Positions 26,259 to 36,912 of a DNA stretch of 64,000 bases are shown here, one piece after another. Made by a program: the position numbers and the translations under genes. Origin of the DNA: a virus. The DNA is taken from positions 7,335-71,334 of IMG/VR virus record IMGVR_UViG_3300009550_000013; one strand, written 5' to 3'. The notes below the pieces were generated by a model, which saw nothing but the letters and a program-made list of their open reading frames with translations, made no database searches and had not been told where the DNA came from. Every line of letters starts with the position of its first letter. Position 1 is the first letter of the stretch.

Positions 26259-26690
26259 ATGCCTAAAATAGAAATCAATAAAGTATATATGAATGTCGCA
26301 TATCAGTTTGCTAAATGCAGCTATGCTGAAAGGAGACAAGTAGGTGCGGTAATTGTAAAAGATGGAGCTATAATCAGTTTCGGATATAACGGTACACCAA
26401 ATGGCTTTGATAATTGTTGTGAAGTTAATGACACTACAAAGAAAGAAGTCCTTCATGCCGAATCTAATGCTATCTCGAAAGTGGCCCAATCCACTATAAG
26501 TTCGACAGGGGCGTCGTTATATGTCACTACCTCCCCATGTTTTGACTGTGCAAAACTGATAATACAATCTGGAATAACGAAAGTATATTGGACAGAAGCA
26601 TATAGAGACCTATCAGGTATAGAGTTACTAAAGAAAGCTAACATAGAAGTAGAACGTATTCACCCTGAAGAACTAAACATTAATGAATAG
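26259..26690 (+). CDS. dCMP deaminase
   Basis: VGAVIV, GYNG, HAESNA, SPCFDC zinc motifs. Confidence 0.93.
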   Translation: MPKIEINKVYMNVAYQFAKCSYAERRQVGAVIVKDGAIISFGYNGTPNGFDNCCEVNDTTKKEVLHAESNAISKVAQSTISSTGASLYVTTSPCFDCAKLIIQSGITKVYWTEAYRDLSGIELLKKANIEVERIHPEELNINE

Positions 26691-28494
26691 TATAAAAGAT
26701 ATAATAGACACAGCTTTAGATAAAAAACTTTTTGGTACAGATTTCAAGTTTAGAACTAATCAAAGAGAAACTATAGAAGCAATTTGTAATTTATATCTTA
26801 AAGACCCTGAAAGTACATTAATACTAGATGCTCCTACAGGTACAGGTAAATCTATAATAGCCTTATGGTCTTCATACATATTAAAGGAACTAGGTAACAC
26901 TGGGTATTTAATAACCTCCGACAAATCACTACAAGACCAGTATGAAAGAGACATCATCAAGTTTAAAACTGGAAGTGCTTCAGTACGAGGAATCGATAAC
27001 TACATCTGTGACGTAAACGGGCTAAGTTATAGTATGGGAGAGTGTAAGATGAGAGGTTACAGCATTAACCAGTCTTTGGCCCTTCAATGTTCTTCTACCT
27101 GTGGATATATTAATAGCCGCCAAAAAGCCATTAATAGTCCTGTTACTTTAGCAAACTACAGTTGGTGGCTAATACAACAGAATTATGTTAATCTTAAAAT
27201 AGCCCAGCACCAGCAAAGCTTAGAGAAATCTGATACTGGGCCGAAGGCCCTTGAATCTAGTGTAGATTTGGATGAATATGATAATTTTTTTCCGTTTAAA
27301 AAACGGGACTTTGCTTTCTTTGATGAAGCACATAAAGTAGATGAAATAGTTCAGCAACATTTTTCTCCAATTTTAAAAAAATTTCCCCTTTTTTCAACGG
27401 TAGATTTGATTGACTTTTTGATTTCAGAGGGCATAAGAACTTCAACAGCTGGAAGAACATACATTGAAGGTCTAATAGATGAGATTCTATTTGAGGAGAC
27501 AAATGAAGGAATGTTCTTTAGACTAAATAAACTAAAAACTTTTTTAAGTGGTGTCTTAAGTAAAAGAAAGGAATTGCAAAAAGCAAGTAGGTTTAAATTT
27601 GGAAGAAGTGTTGAAAAACCTCTTCCTAAAAAATGGAGTAAAGCATTTAAACAGTTTGACTACATAAAAGACGTGCATTGTAAGTTGGAAGACTATTTAG
27701 AAATAATAGAAAAAGAAGGGCTTCAATCGATGCTCTTTAGTAAAAATATCCAAGAAGGTGAAATAAAGTTGATGTGTCTAAATGAGGCAACAATGATTAA
27801 AAAACACCTTCATAAAAGATCTGGTTTTAAAGTTTTTATGTCAGCAACAATTGGAGACCCAAAGACATATATTAGAGTAATGGGAATTAAAAATGCAAAT
27901 GTAATTAGATTATCAAACGACTTCAACTATGAGAAGTCACCTATTATATTTGTAAATAGATTTAAAATGTCAATGCAACATAAAGAGAAAAGTCTTCCTG
28001 AAGCGATTAAAATGCTAGATAAGATACTTGACAGGCACGAAAGTCAAAGAGGACTTATTCACACGGGAAGCTACGAGTTTACTCAATATATAAAACAACA
28101 TTCTAAACATATTAAAAGAATTATAGAATATAAAAATTCTTCTGAAAAAGAAGATGCTTTAATAAAATTTAAAAAAGGAGTTAATGGAATAATTATGGGA
28201 CCTTCTATTTTAGAAGGGCTAGATTTTAATGATGAGTCATGTAGATTTCAAATATTCTTTAAAATACCATTTCCTTCTTTGGGAGACCCTTTGACTATAG
28301 CAAAAATGAAAGGTTCTCCAGGATGGTATGATTGGAAAACTGGTGTAACCATAGAACAGGGTATAGGCAGATCTGTTAGAAATTCTAATGATTGGGCTAT
28401 AACTTATATTTTAGATGCCTGTTTTAATAATATAATGCAAAAAACTAACTTTTTGTCTAATGACTTAAAAAATAGGATTAAGATAATAAAATAA
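26683..28494 (+). CDS. DinG/XPD-family SF2 helicase
   Basis: APTGTGKS, four Cys of a probable Fe-S domain, FDEAH, MSAT, EGLDF, KIPFP, QGIGRSVR. Confidence 0.9.
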   Translation: MNSIKDIIDTALDKKLFGTDFKFRTNQRETIEAICNLYLKDPESTLILDAPTGTGKSIIALWSSYILKELGNTGYLITSDKSLQDQYERDIIKFKTGSASVRGIDNYICDVNGLSYSMGECKMRGYSINQSLALQCSSTCGYINSRQKAINSPVTLANYSWWLIQQNYVNLKIAQHQQSLEKSDTGPKALESSVDLDEYDNFFPFKKRDFAFFDEAHKVDEIVQQHFSPILKKFPLFSTVDLIDFLISEGIRTSTAGRTYIEGLIDEILFEETNEGMFFRLNKLKTFLSGVLSKRKELQKASRFKFGRSVEKPLPKKWSKAFKQFDYIKDVHCKLEDYLEIIEKEGLQSMLFSKNIQEGEIKLMCLNEATMIKKHLHKRSGFKVFMSATIGDPKTYIRVMGIKNANVIRLSNDFNYEKSPIIFVNRFKMSMQHKEKSLPEAIKMLDKILDRHESQRGLIHTGSYEFTQYIKQHSKHIKRIIEYKNSSEKEDALIKFKKGVNGIIMGPSILEGLDFNDESCRFQIFFKIPFPSLGDPLTIAKMKGSPGWYDWKTGVTIEQGIGRSVRNSNDWAITYILDACFNNIMQKTNFLSNDLKNRIKIIK

Positions 28495-28511
28495 TATAAT
28501 AATATAATAAT

Positions 28512-28709
28512 ATGAGTATAAAAAAATATAGAGTAGAAAGCCTTGATTTTGTAAAACAACAATATGATGATTGGGGTAATGAAAAGTTTTTTAACTATTA
28601 CGTTAAAGGTGAGGCTTTTATAGGTAATGCGGAAGCTATTGATTTTATAGATAAAGTGTTAAAAGAAAATATAAACGGTTGGGTTATTAAAAATAATGCC
28701 GAAGATTAA
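28512..28709 (+). CDS. Hypothetical protein
   Basis: Packed ORF. Confidence 0.6.
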   Translation: MSIKKYRVESLDFVKQQYDDWGNEKFFNYYVKGEAFIGNAEAIDFIDKVLKENINGWVIKNNAED

Positions 28710-28720
28710 ATATACATGCT

Positions 28721-29341
28721 ATGGGTTTCTTAAAGAAACTTTTTGGAAAAACTAAATATAAACCTAAAAGAAGTAAAAAAATGGCAGAAAAATCTGATAA
28801 AAAAATATATGTTTGGACCAAGTCTGAACGGGCAGGTAAAATAGTTATTGAAAAAGGAATAGAAGACGGATGGTTATATTTTGAAGATGGCTCTAGAATA
28901 AATCCTACATTAATAACAGAATATTTAGAAGAATGTGAATCTATGGAAATTGCTAAAGAAAATTCAACTATATTAGGTGCTAGCGTTGCAAAACCTGTTT
29001 TTGCAGATACCCCAGAAAAAATGGAAAAAGTAGAAAACAGTAGGAAAGTTCCAGTAACCGGTGATGACCCTTCGTATGTAGCCGAAGAAGAGACTGCTGC
29101 TAGCAGTAGTTCTATTATATCTAGTATAGTTTCCAAGCTAAGTAAAAAGAAAAAGACAAATTTTGAAATTAAAATAGGAGTTAACGTTCCTGGAAAAACA
29201 GTGTTTAATGCTTTAAAAGACGAATTAGGAGAAGAAGAACTTTTAGAAGGACTAGACTATCATGTAGAAAATCAAATAAATAATATAATTGACGATATTA
29301 AAAATCAAGTAAAAACCCAAATATCAAAAACCTATGAGTAA
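28721..29341 (+). CDS. Hypothetical protein
   Basis: ORF; alternative start at 28781. Confidence 0.7.
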   Translation: MGFLKKLFGKTKYKPKRSKKMAEKSDKKIYVWTKSERAGKIVIEKGIEDGWLYFEDGSRINPTLITEYLEECESMEIAKENSTILGASVAKPVFADTPEKMEKVENSRKVPVTGDDPSYVAEEETAASSSSIISSIVSKLSKKKKTNFEIKIGVNVPGKTVFNALKDELGEEELLEGLDYHVENQINNIIDDIKNQVKTQISKTYE

Positions 29342-29708
29342 TAGAAGAGAAAAGAGAAGAATGTTTAGGCAATTAGGAGTACTTAAAAAATTAAGTGAAT
29401 TGCAATTTATGGACCCTACTCGAATTGAGTTTAGAAAAAGAAATAGAGAGGAAGGCAGAGCAAAGCATGAAAAAATGCTTGAAGAAATTGAAACTGCAAG
29501 ATATGAAAGATTAGAACATTTATCAGTACAGTATCTAGAAAAAATGAAAGAAAAAGGACACAATACTGAAGAGTTAGGTTTTTTGGAAGAAGCATTTGCT
29601 CTGCGATCTGTTAAAACAGAAAATTATAGAGCAGATAGAAAACAAGCAAAAAAATTAGAGTTAAAAGCTCAAACTTCGCTACAAAAAAGAAGTAAAAAGA
29701 ATGACTAA
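29334..29708 (+). CDS. Hypothetical basic protein
   Basis: NRREKRR N-terminus; overlapping starts. Confidence 0.7.
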   Translation: MSNRREKRRMFRQLGVLKKLSELQFMDPTRIEFRKRNREEGRAKHEKMLEEIETARYERLEHLSVQYLEKMKEKGHNTEELGFLEEAFALRSVKTENYRADRKQAKKLELKAQTSLQKRSKKND

Positions 29709-30045
29709 TATCGACATAGAAATAGCTGATAATGGTGTTGTCAAAATATTAGAAGATGATAACATTAATGGAGCTGGAGAAATATACACTTCTAGAACAC
29801 TATATGTTTTCGATGAAGATGCTGATTTTAAAAATAGATTAAAATTTTTAAATGATATATGTTTAGACGTTGGTTTAGAAAAAGGAAGTGACCTAGACCC
29901 TAAAAAATTAGAAATAAAGGTCACTCCAAAACCTAAAAAATTAGAAGAGTTAACGGCAGCCGAATTAAAAGGCAGAATAACTAGTGCTGAAAGACTTCTT
30001 GATAGGTATAAAAAACAACTCAGTAAATATGAAATTAAAAGTTGA
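29701..30045 (+). CDS. Hypothetical protein
   Basis: Packed ORF. Confidence 0.7.
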   Translation: MTNIDIEIADNGVVKILEDDNINGAGEIYTSRTLYVFDEDADFKNRLKFLNDICLDVGLEKGSDLDPKKLEIKVTPKPKKLEELTAAELKGRITSAERLLDRYKKQLSKYEIKS

Positions 30046-30469
30046 TTGTATTTGGTGCAAAAATAAAACTCAATTTAATAAACTTGCTAAAGAAATAAGA
30101 AAGCAAGAAGATTTTGACAAAACAAAAAATCAAATTATTTCTTACAATGAAGTTTGTGATAGATTATCTAAGAGCGATCCCTTTGGTCATGTTCCTTCAG
30201 ATACTATAATATCTTTACAAATTCAAAAGATGATAAGAAACTTAGTTGAGAAAAACAAAAAATCAGAAAATTATAATGAAGAAGATACTGCAAACATAAC
30301 ATATCTTCTAAAAAATTTAGATAAAGATAATGTATTAAACTTTAAAAGCTTCTTATCGGAAATATCAGGTGGATTAAAATTTGATTTAGTAGTTATTAAT
30401 GTTGAAGAAAATTTAGACCCTTCAGTGTTAAGTAAGTTTGATAACGTGAAGTTTCTAGATAATGATTAG
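30029..30469 (+). CDS. Hypothetical protein
   Basis: Start re-set to the ATG at 30029 (MKLKVDC). Confidence 0.65.
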   Translation: MKLKVDCIWCKNKTQFNKLAKEIRKQEDFDKTKNQIISYNEVCDRLSKSDPFGHVPSDTIISLQIQKMIRNLVEKNKKSENYNEEDTANITYLLKNLDKDNVLNFKSFLSEISGGLKFDLVVINVEENLDPSVLSKFDNVKFLDND

Positions 30470-31055
30470 ACATAAACTTTTCTCTAAAGGAGATTCTATA
30501 CATGCTTTAATTTCTACAACAACTCACCCCAATATTTTATTTGCAGTAAGAGGAGTCATACACGATATTCAATTCGACGAATACAATCCACAATATCAAA
30601 TTAAAATAGATAAAATGTATGAGGATATTGCCTTTGTAAAAAGATTCTTGATTAAAGGCAGAACTATTAGAGATTTTAGTGGTTCTGATTCTAGATACAA
30701 ATTAGTTAGAAAAAACCTTAAAACAATAGATGATTTTGTAGAAAAAACATACAATGGCGATAATTGGGAAAAGTATTTAGTAGTTGTAGACAGTGTGTAT
30801 TGTTGTAAAACAAGAAAAGAGCAAATAGACTTTTTTAATAATATACAGACATTTCTTATAGAACAAAATCTTAAAGAACTATTTGATATGAGTACTCGTA
30901 AACAATATAGTAGAGGAGAGTTGTATTTCCATACAAGATTTGATTTTATTAATTCACTTAAAAGATTCTTAGGAGAAAGAGCCCCAAATAACAAACAGTG
31001 GTTTGATGACTTAACTGAAAAACCAGGAGCCGAAGATTTAGACAAACACGTCTAA
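30462..31055 (+). CDS. Hypothetical protein
   Basis: Packed ORF. Confidence 0.7.
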   Translation: MIRHKLFSKGDSIHALISTTTHPNILFAVRGVIHDIQFDEYNPQYQIKIDKMYEDIAFVKRFLIKGRTIRDFSGSDSRYKLVRKNLKTIDDFVEKTYNGDNWEKYLVVVDSVYCCKTRKEQIDFFNNIQTFLIEQNLKELFDMSTRKQYSRGELYFHTRFDFINSLKRFLGERAPNNKQWFDDLTEKPGAEDLDKHV

Positions 31056-31063
31056 ATTTATTA

Positions 31064-31071
31064 GATATATA
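31064..31071 (+). promoter_or_regulatory. Putative late promoter GATATATA at the head of the tail/baseplate module
   Basis: About 20 nt upstream of 31091. Confidence 0.55.
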
Positions 31072-31090
31072 ATAAAAAATCTTTTTATTT

Positions 31091-32857
31091 ATGGCTTATA
31101 TTCCAGTAGTTGATGATTTAATTTGGGTAGCAACTGAAGTAGGTTCAGCAGGTGTTGACGCAGCAAAATGGATATATAAAAACGCTAAGACTGGTGTTGA
31201 CGAAGTTTTAAATGCTAGAGTTATAGGTGCTAAAGGAAATCCTCCATTAACTAAAGAAGAGAAAAAAGCTGCTTTGCAGGCAGAACTGGTAGGAAATGTT
31301 AAGCAATTAGTATCTGATATTAAAAAAGACATAAGTGGACCACCATCTTACGAAACTTTTAAAAGACCAGGAAAATACAATATAAGTAAAAAACACGGAA
31401 AGGTAAAAACTTTTCAAGAAAGCGGAACCTCGCCAAGGTCTATTGCTAATAGATGGAGTCTCTTTAGATATAGAGGTACTCCGATGCAAGGGCTTAGTAA
31501 AAAAGAAGGTATTGTTCCCGGAGAATATGGAAAAGCTCAAATTTATGGAGGAGCAGACGGTAACATGCCAGTTAACCCATCTGCTAAAATGATTGTAGTT
31601 GAAACTTCAAGATTATCATATTCACCAGGATATCAATTCCAATATAGAGACTTTATTTATACTAAGTATTATGGAAAGATACCTAATAATCAGATGCTAA
31701 CTCTTAGAAGATTTGCATTTCCATGCGAAGATAACATTATTAGACCTATTCAATTTAATGCAAACGGAAAACCTTTTAGAACTCAGCAACCTGCTTTGGC
31801 ACAAGCTATAACTTTTATGGGTGAAAAACCCGGTAATAATATGAAAGAGATACTTAAATTCAGTGTTGGTTTTAAATGGAAAGAGGCAACTTCAGAATTA
31901 CAAACTATTAATAGTCAGCCTAGAGATAGGGGTAAAATAGGAGCATTTATAGATTCTAGCCCTATTGCTCAAAGAATAGAAGGTGGTTTAGCTGGAGAAA
32001 GTGCAACTCAAACTAGAATGCGACAAAAGCAAGGATCTGGATGGGACCCAATGACACAGACTTATCCTAACCATGAACTAGTTCCTTTAAATATAATTAA
32101 ATCAGTTCAGGTCAGAGAAGCTGGTTTAAATTTCAGCCAAGATTTTACTTTGAAATTTCATTATGATTTAAAGGGAATTCCAGGTGTAAGTCCTAAGCTT
32201 GCTTTTCTAGATGTTCTTGCTAATCTATTAGTTTTAACATATAATCAAGCACCGTTTTGGGGAGGAGCTGTACGATATACTGGAGGTGGTAAAGTTGGTA
32301 AACCTTTTGGTGACCTTAAAAAACTACAAAGTGGAGATTTAAAAGGGTTTTTAGGAAGTGTTGTTCAAGATTTAGCAAAAACTATTACGTCAGGTGTACA
32401 AGATATTCTGAAAGGTGGGTCTAGTAAAATACTAAACAATGTAATTGGTGGAGCCATGATGGATTTATTAGGAGGGCCCCAAGGTGGAGAAGTAGCTAAA
32501 GCATTTTTAACTGGAGACCCGACTGGTAGTTGGCATCTTACAATAGGAAATCCTCTTAACCCAATCGCAGTTATAGGAAATTTAGCATGTACCGATACTG
32601 ATTTCGAATTTGACGGGCCGTTGGGTTACGAAGATTTTCCAACTAAACTTACAGTTACTATTAAATTAAAACCTGCTAGACCAAGAGATAAAGCAGATAT
32701 TGAATCTATGTTTAACGCAGGTAGAGGTAGACTGTATATTACTGAAGAAGGTGCAATAGACCCTTCAATAACGTTTGACGCCGATCCTTATGGAAAAATA
32801 TACGGTGATAAAAGCGGAAACTTAGCTAGAAAAGCTTCAAATTTTGGAAATGGATAA
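31091..32857 (+). CDS. Putative baseplate/tail-tube-initiator-like protein
   Basis: Lies immediately before the gp53-like gene; the C-terminal beta pattern (GNLACTDTDFEFD...FPTKLTVTIKLK) is typical of tube-fold proteins. Assignment is by inference. Confidence 0.5.
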   Translation: MAYIPVVDDLIWVATEVGSAGVDAAKWIYKNAKTGVDEVLNARVIGAKGNPPLTKEEKKAALQAELVGNVKQLVSDIKKDISGPPSYETFKRPGKYNISKKHGKVKTFQESGTSPRSIANRWSLFRYRGTPMQGLSKKEGIVPGEYGKAQIYGGADGNMPVNPSAKMIVVETSRLSYSPGYQFQYRDFIYTKYYGKIPNNQMLTLRRFAFPCEDNIIRPIQFNANGKPFRTQQPALAQAITFMGEKPGNNMKEILKFSVGFKWKEATSELQTINSQPRDRGKIGAFIDSSPIAQRIEGGLAGESATQTRMRQKQGSGWDPMTQTYPNHELVPLNIIKSVQVREAGLNFSQDFTLKFHYDLKGIPGVSPKLAFLDVLANLLVLTYNQAPFWGGAVRYTGGGKVGKPFGDLKKLQSGDLKGFLGSVVQDLAKTITSGVQDILKGGSSKILNNVIGGAMMDLLGGPQGGEVAKAFLTGDPTGSWHLTIGNPLNPIAVIGNLACTDTDFEFDGPLGYEDFPTKLTVTIKLKPARPRDKADIESMFNAGRGRLYITEEGAIDPSITFDADPYGKIYGDKSGNLARKASNFGNG

Positions 32858-33924
32858 TGGAATTTAAAAGTATATTAGATAAAATAGTAAATGCCGGTAG
32901 ATTAATTCTTACACAACCTACCATGCTTTTTGTAAATAAAGAAGAAATAGGTCTTATGGAAAAAGAGCACTACGTTACAAAGGATGAGCAAGGCAGAATA
33001 GATTTAATTTGTTTAGATTATTATGGTACTTCAGAACACATAGATTATTTACTAAAGTTTAATGGTATTTCAGACCCGTTTTCTATTAAAGAAGGTGATA
33101 CATTAAAGATACCAGTAGTTGGTAATTTTTTTAAGAAATTAGAAAGACCTTCTGTTGCTATAGATAATATTGTTAGGCAAGAGTTTTTAGATGGTAAACG
33201 TTTAACACCTAAAGACCAAAAAAGAATAGATTTTCTTAAGAAAAAGTATAAAATAAAAGAAGTTTTACCCCCAAATGTTCTTAAAACCGGATTTAAAACT
33301 TTTAAATTTACGGAAAAGAATGGTGAAAAGGCAACTGAATTTGGAATGGGGGCAATGTTACCAGATCCAGTAAAACCTAAAAAAAATAAAATTGAAGTTT
33401 CTAAAGGTTTAGGTAATGTTAGCGATGAAAATTGGAAGAAGGTAGACCCTGTTATATTTGATAAGGATATGAAAGACTTAACTTTAAAAGAAGTTGATGT
33501 ACTAAAAAAAGCAGGAATAGAATTAGAAAAATTTGAAGAGGCAAAAGCCGCTAAACTAGATAGCAATAAAAATGCATCTGAGGATTCTGATGTTGAAAAA
33601 ATATATGATGATTCTGGTAAATTAATAGGTAAAGAATCTACTAAAAAATCAGTAGTATACGACGCTGGTAAAAAGACTACAACTATTACAAAGACTACTG
33701 TAAAATATGATGGTACTATAGAGACAAATCAAACTACCACGTTTTCATTAGCAGGAGATAAGTCTAATGATTTAGATATTAAACAACAAGATGAAAAGTC
33801 TAAAAATATTAAAGATACTGAAAAGGGTCTAGATGAAAAGCTTAAGAAAAAAGAAAACATTAAAAAGAAAGATATTCTTAAGAAAAAAGAAAGTGATATA
33901 AAGAATAAAAAGAAGAAAAGATAG
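32857..33924 (+). CDS. Baseplate wedge protein, gp53/LysM-like, with Lys-rich tail
   Basis: GRIDLICLDYYG...LLKFNGISDPFSIKEGDTLKIP. Confidence 0.75.
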   Translation: MEFKSILDKIVNAGRLILTQPTMLFVNKEEIGLMEKEHYVTKDEQGRIDLICLDYYGTSEHIDYLLKFNGISDPFSIKEGDTLKIPVVGNFFKKLERPSVAIDNIVRQEFLDGKRLTPKDQKRIDFLKKKYKIKEVLPPNVLKTGFKTFKFTEKNGEKATEFGMGAMLPDPVKPKKNKIEVSKGLGNVSDENWKKVDPVIFDKDMKDLTLKEVDVLKKAGIELEKFEEAKAAKLDSNKNASEDSDVEKIYDDSGKLIGKESTKKSVVYDAGKKTTTITKTTVKYDGTIETNQTTTFSLAGDKSNDLDIKQQDEKSKNIKDTEKGLDEKLKKKENIKKKDILKKKESDIKNKKKKR

Positions 33925-33927
33925 ATA

Positions 33928-35424
33928 ATGGCTGAATTAGATAATAATATATTAGTAGTATCTGAACCATCTATTAGACCTATTTCAATTGAAGTACCTC
34001 GATTAGATGAAGACGAGGGAGGTGATAAACAAAGTAAAGCTTTCGGTACAGACGTTCCTAAAATTTCAGTAAATTCATACGATTTTCAAGAGGCAGATAT
34101 TTTAAATTTTAAAATATCTGTAACTGATGCTTTACCTAGACTTTCCGTAAGAATAAAAGATTCTCAAGGTGCTTTTGATACTTCACAATATCCTAGAGAC
34201 GGTGATGTCATTAGTGTTTATATAGGTTCAAAAAATCAAGAAACATTTAAAAGTATACACATGGACTTTGATATAATTTCAATAAAGTCTCCTAAAAAAG
34301 GATTGCCACATAGTGAAAGAACTTATGGTTTTATAGGTGTTGCTAAAATACCTAAACTTTTTACAGAAGAGTGTAGGTCTTTTACTGAAGGAAATAGTTT
34401 AGAACACCTTGAACAAATTGCCTCTGATTTAGGTTTAGGATTGGCAACCAATATTAATTCTACTGAAGATGCTCAAATAAGAATTCAAGCATACGACAGA
34501 ACTATTGACTTTATTAAAGGATTGGTCAACGCATCGTATGTTAAAGAAGAAGCTTTTCAAACGTTTTATATAGACCAATACTATTACTTAAATTTTATAG
34601 AAGTAAATAAAATATTTAATTCTAAAAATGTTAAAGGAGAAGATGGGCAAGACTTTATTACATCATTTGACTTATCAGTTTCAGAAGATAAAGCAACTGA
34701 AGATAATGACCAAATAAAATCAAAATTGTATTTAACTAATAACATGTCAGCGGAAGGCACTGGTAATAAAATATCTCAATGGTCTTTAACTAATAATTCG
34801 AGTACTGTATCACTACAGAACGGATACAAGAGGATACTACAGATGTACGATGAATTAGAGAGTGATAAACTTATTGAGTTTGATATTGAATCTTATTCTA
34901 GTAAAAATTTAAGAGATTCTGAAGAACCTCTTAAAGGCAGAAGAGATGAAGACCATTATGAAAGCCATGTAAAACATAAGTATATAGGAAGACAACAGGA
35001 TTATAATAGAGAGGGAAATGTTCATTCTAACCATAAATATTCTATTCTTAATAATTATCAAAACTTAATAGAATTAGATAAAATTCAATTAACTGTAGAA
35101 TTACAGTCTTTTAACCCAGGTCTTTATAGATTTCAAAAACTTCCAGTTGTAATGTATAATGTTGAACCGCAAAAAGTTCAAGGTAATAAAAAAACCGATG
35201 AAGCATTAAAAGAAAAAGGTGTAAAAGCAGAAGAAAAAGCTTTTGATTTTGAAGACAAAGGAGAATCTGATGTTGGGCAAGAAGCTCACCTAGATGATTT
35301 CGTGAGTGGGCATTACATAATAGGTGGAATAGAATATATATACAAACAAGGAGAGCGTTCTATTAGACAAAGATTAACACTTCTTAGAAGAGAATGGCCA
35401 GTATTAGTAAATAGTATAAAATAA
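33928..35424 (+). CDS. Putative baseplate hub protein (gp27/late control D-like)
   Basis: Synteny between the gp53-like and gp5-like genes; C-terminal SGHYIIGGIEY...LTLLRRE pattern. Confidence 0.55.
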   Translation: MAELDNNILVVSEPSIRPISIEVPRLDEDEGGDKQSKAFGTDVPKISVNSYDFQEADILNFKISVTDALPRLSVRIKDSQGAFDTSQYPRDGDVISVYIGSKNQETFKSIHMDFDIISIKSPKKGLPHSERTYGFIGVAKIPKLFTEECRSFTEGNSLEHLEQIASDLGLGLATNINSTEDAQIRIQAYDRTIDFIKGLVNASYVKEEAFQTFYIDQYYYLNFIEVNKIFNSKNVKGEDGQDFITSFDLSVSEDKATEDNDQIKSKLYLTNNMSAEGTGNKISQWSLTNNSSTVSLQNGYKRILQMYDELESDKLIEFDIESYSSKNLRDSEEPLKGRRDEDHYESHVKHKYIGRQQDYNREGNVHSNHKYSILNNYQNLIELDKIQLTVELQSFNPGLYRFQKLPVVMYNVEPQKVQGNKKTDEALKEKGVKAEEKAFDFEDKGESDVGQEAHLDDFVSGHYIIGGIEYIYKQGERSIRQRLTLLRREWPVLVNSIK

Positions 35425-35425
35425 T

Positions 35426-36754
35426 ATGAGTAATTACAAAAAAGAAAGATTTAAGTTTCAAAAAGGATATACGACACATAAGTATGGGGACCCAACATAT
35501 CTTACATTTTTTATGCTTTTTGATTGGGGTGGTTCTCCTCTTTTTAACGGGAAAGCTGAACAATTTTTAAGAGAGGTATTAGTTGAACCAGAAAGAGCAG
35601 ATAGTTTAGTTAGATTTACCCAACTTTTACAAAAATTAAATAAAGAAATGCCTTGGTATTTTTACGAGCTAGAAGGTTTCGAAAATATTTTTAAATTCGA
35701 TGAATTTAAAGAAGCTTATAGAGGTACTGATGACGGGTTAAAAATAAAATGTACAGAGACTTTAGATTTATCAATAGCAGGTCTTATGGATATGTATAGA
35801 AATATTGCATACGATATAAATAGATGGTGTAGAGTACTTCCAAGTAACCTTACGTATTTCAATATGTTTATTATTGTTTCTGATGCAAGAAATATAGCCA
35901 ATAAAAAACTTAATACTACTAAAACCCAAACAAGTGATTTTGTAAAGCAAGATAGAGAATACACTGTAGTAAATAAAGATATTGCGTATACAGCTAGAGC
36001 CCATTTTATGGTAGGATTAAAAAAATGTTCTTTTAAAACTGATTCAGGTGTTGCAATATTTTCAGGACTTTCACAAGTTGAGCCAAAAATGGCTGAAAAT
36101 GAAATAGGTATTAATTATCAAATAGTAAAATATTATAGTAAGCAATATTTGAACGAATTTGAGGGAATTATGGGTGCTAATAAGATACATGAATATCACA
36201 CATCAAATCAAAATTCGAATGGAGAAACTGAAAGCTCAGGTGCTACTAGTGAAGGAGATAAAGTAAGTGGTAAAGAACAATCTGAAACTCAAGTTAATGG
36301 AGATACTAGAACAATAACAAAACCTGGTAAAAACATAGAAAGAATACAAGGTTATGGAGAGTCTACTAATACAGAAAACCCAATTGCACCTAATGTTCCT
36401 AACACACTTGCGGAAAATCTGTTAGAAGATGCAATTGCAGCACTCGAAGGTGGAGCAGAGAGACTAACACAAGATGCATTTGCTAAACTTCTTCTAGGTA
36501 ATGTATATGGTTTAAATGCCGCAAGTAATATACAAGATGCTATTAGTGCTGGAAGCTTAAATGCCATAAGAAATCTTGCAACTAAAACCATCGATGCTGT
36601 TTCTAAAGCTGAAAATTCAGTATCGAATGGTAAAGTGGGGATTGGCGATAATGTATTTCCAAATGTAACACCAGAGCAAGATTCTGATTTAGGAAACATA
36701 TTTCCAAAAACTTCGCCAGAAAAAGATTCTGATTTAGGAAACATCAATGGATAA
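35426..36754 (+). CDS. Putative tail/baseplate structural protein
   Basis: Synteny; short C-terminal repeat (PEQDSDLGNI / PEKDSDLGNI). Confidence 0.55.
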   Translation: MSNYKKERFKFQKGYTTHKYGDPTYLTFFMLFDWGGSPLFNGKAEQFLREVLVEPERADSLVRFTQLLQKLNKEMPWYFYELEGFENIFKFDEFKEAYRGTDDGLKIKCTETLDLSIAGLMDMYRNIAYDINRWCRVLPSNLTYFNMFIIVSDARNIANKKLNTTKTQTSDFVKQDREYTVVNKDIAYTARAHFMVGLKKCSFKTDSGVAIFSGLSQVEPKMAENEIGINYQIVKYYSKQYLNEFEGIMGANKIHEYHTSNQNSNGETESSGATSEGDKVSGKEQSETQVNGDTRTITKPGKNIERIQGYGESTNTENPIAPNVPNTLAENLLEDAIAALEGGAERLTQDAFAKLLLGNVYGLNAASNIQDAISAGSLNAIRNLATKTIDAVSKAENSVSNGKVGIGDNVFPNVTPEQDSDLGNIFPKTSPEKDSDLGNING

Positions 36755-36899
36755 AGAGCTAGAAAACAAAATTTTAGAATTTTGTGAACATATAATGAAT
36801 GGCAATTTAGAAATACTAAGAAAACCAGAAAATCTACAATTTTACTTAAACTATAGTACTGAAATAGAGGAGGCTCTTAAGAATAGTCCTAAAAAATAA
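36747..36899 (+). CDS. Small hypothetical protein (50 aa, not in the ORF track)
   Basis: MDKELENKILEFCEHIMNG...; fills the gap with an overlapping start. Confidence 0.5.
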   Translation: MDKELENKILEFCEHIMNGNLEILRKPENLQFYLNYSTEIEEALKNSPKK

Positions 36900-36912
36900 G
36901 ATAAATATATTA

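Noticed and set aside
1-28494. Bacterial chromosome origin of the clpC/clpP/dnaJ/rpsU/rnhB region
   Set aside because: These genes are interleaved with fibre genes and tiny ORFs and share promoter motifs and GATC avoidance with the structural module.
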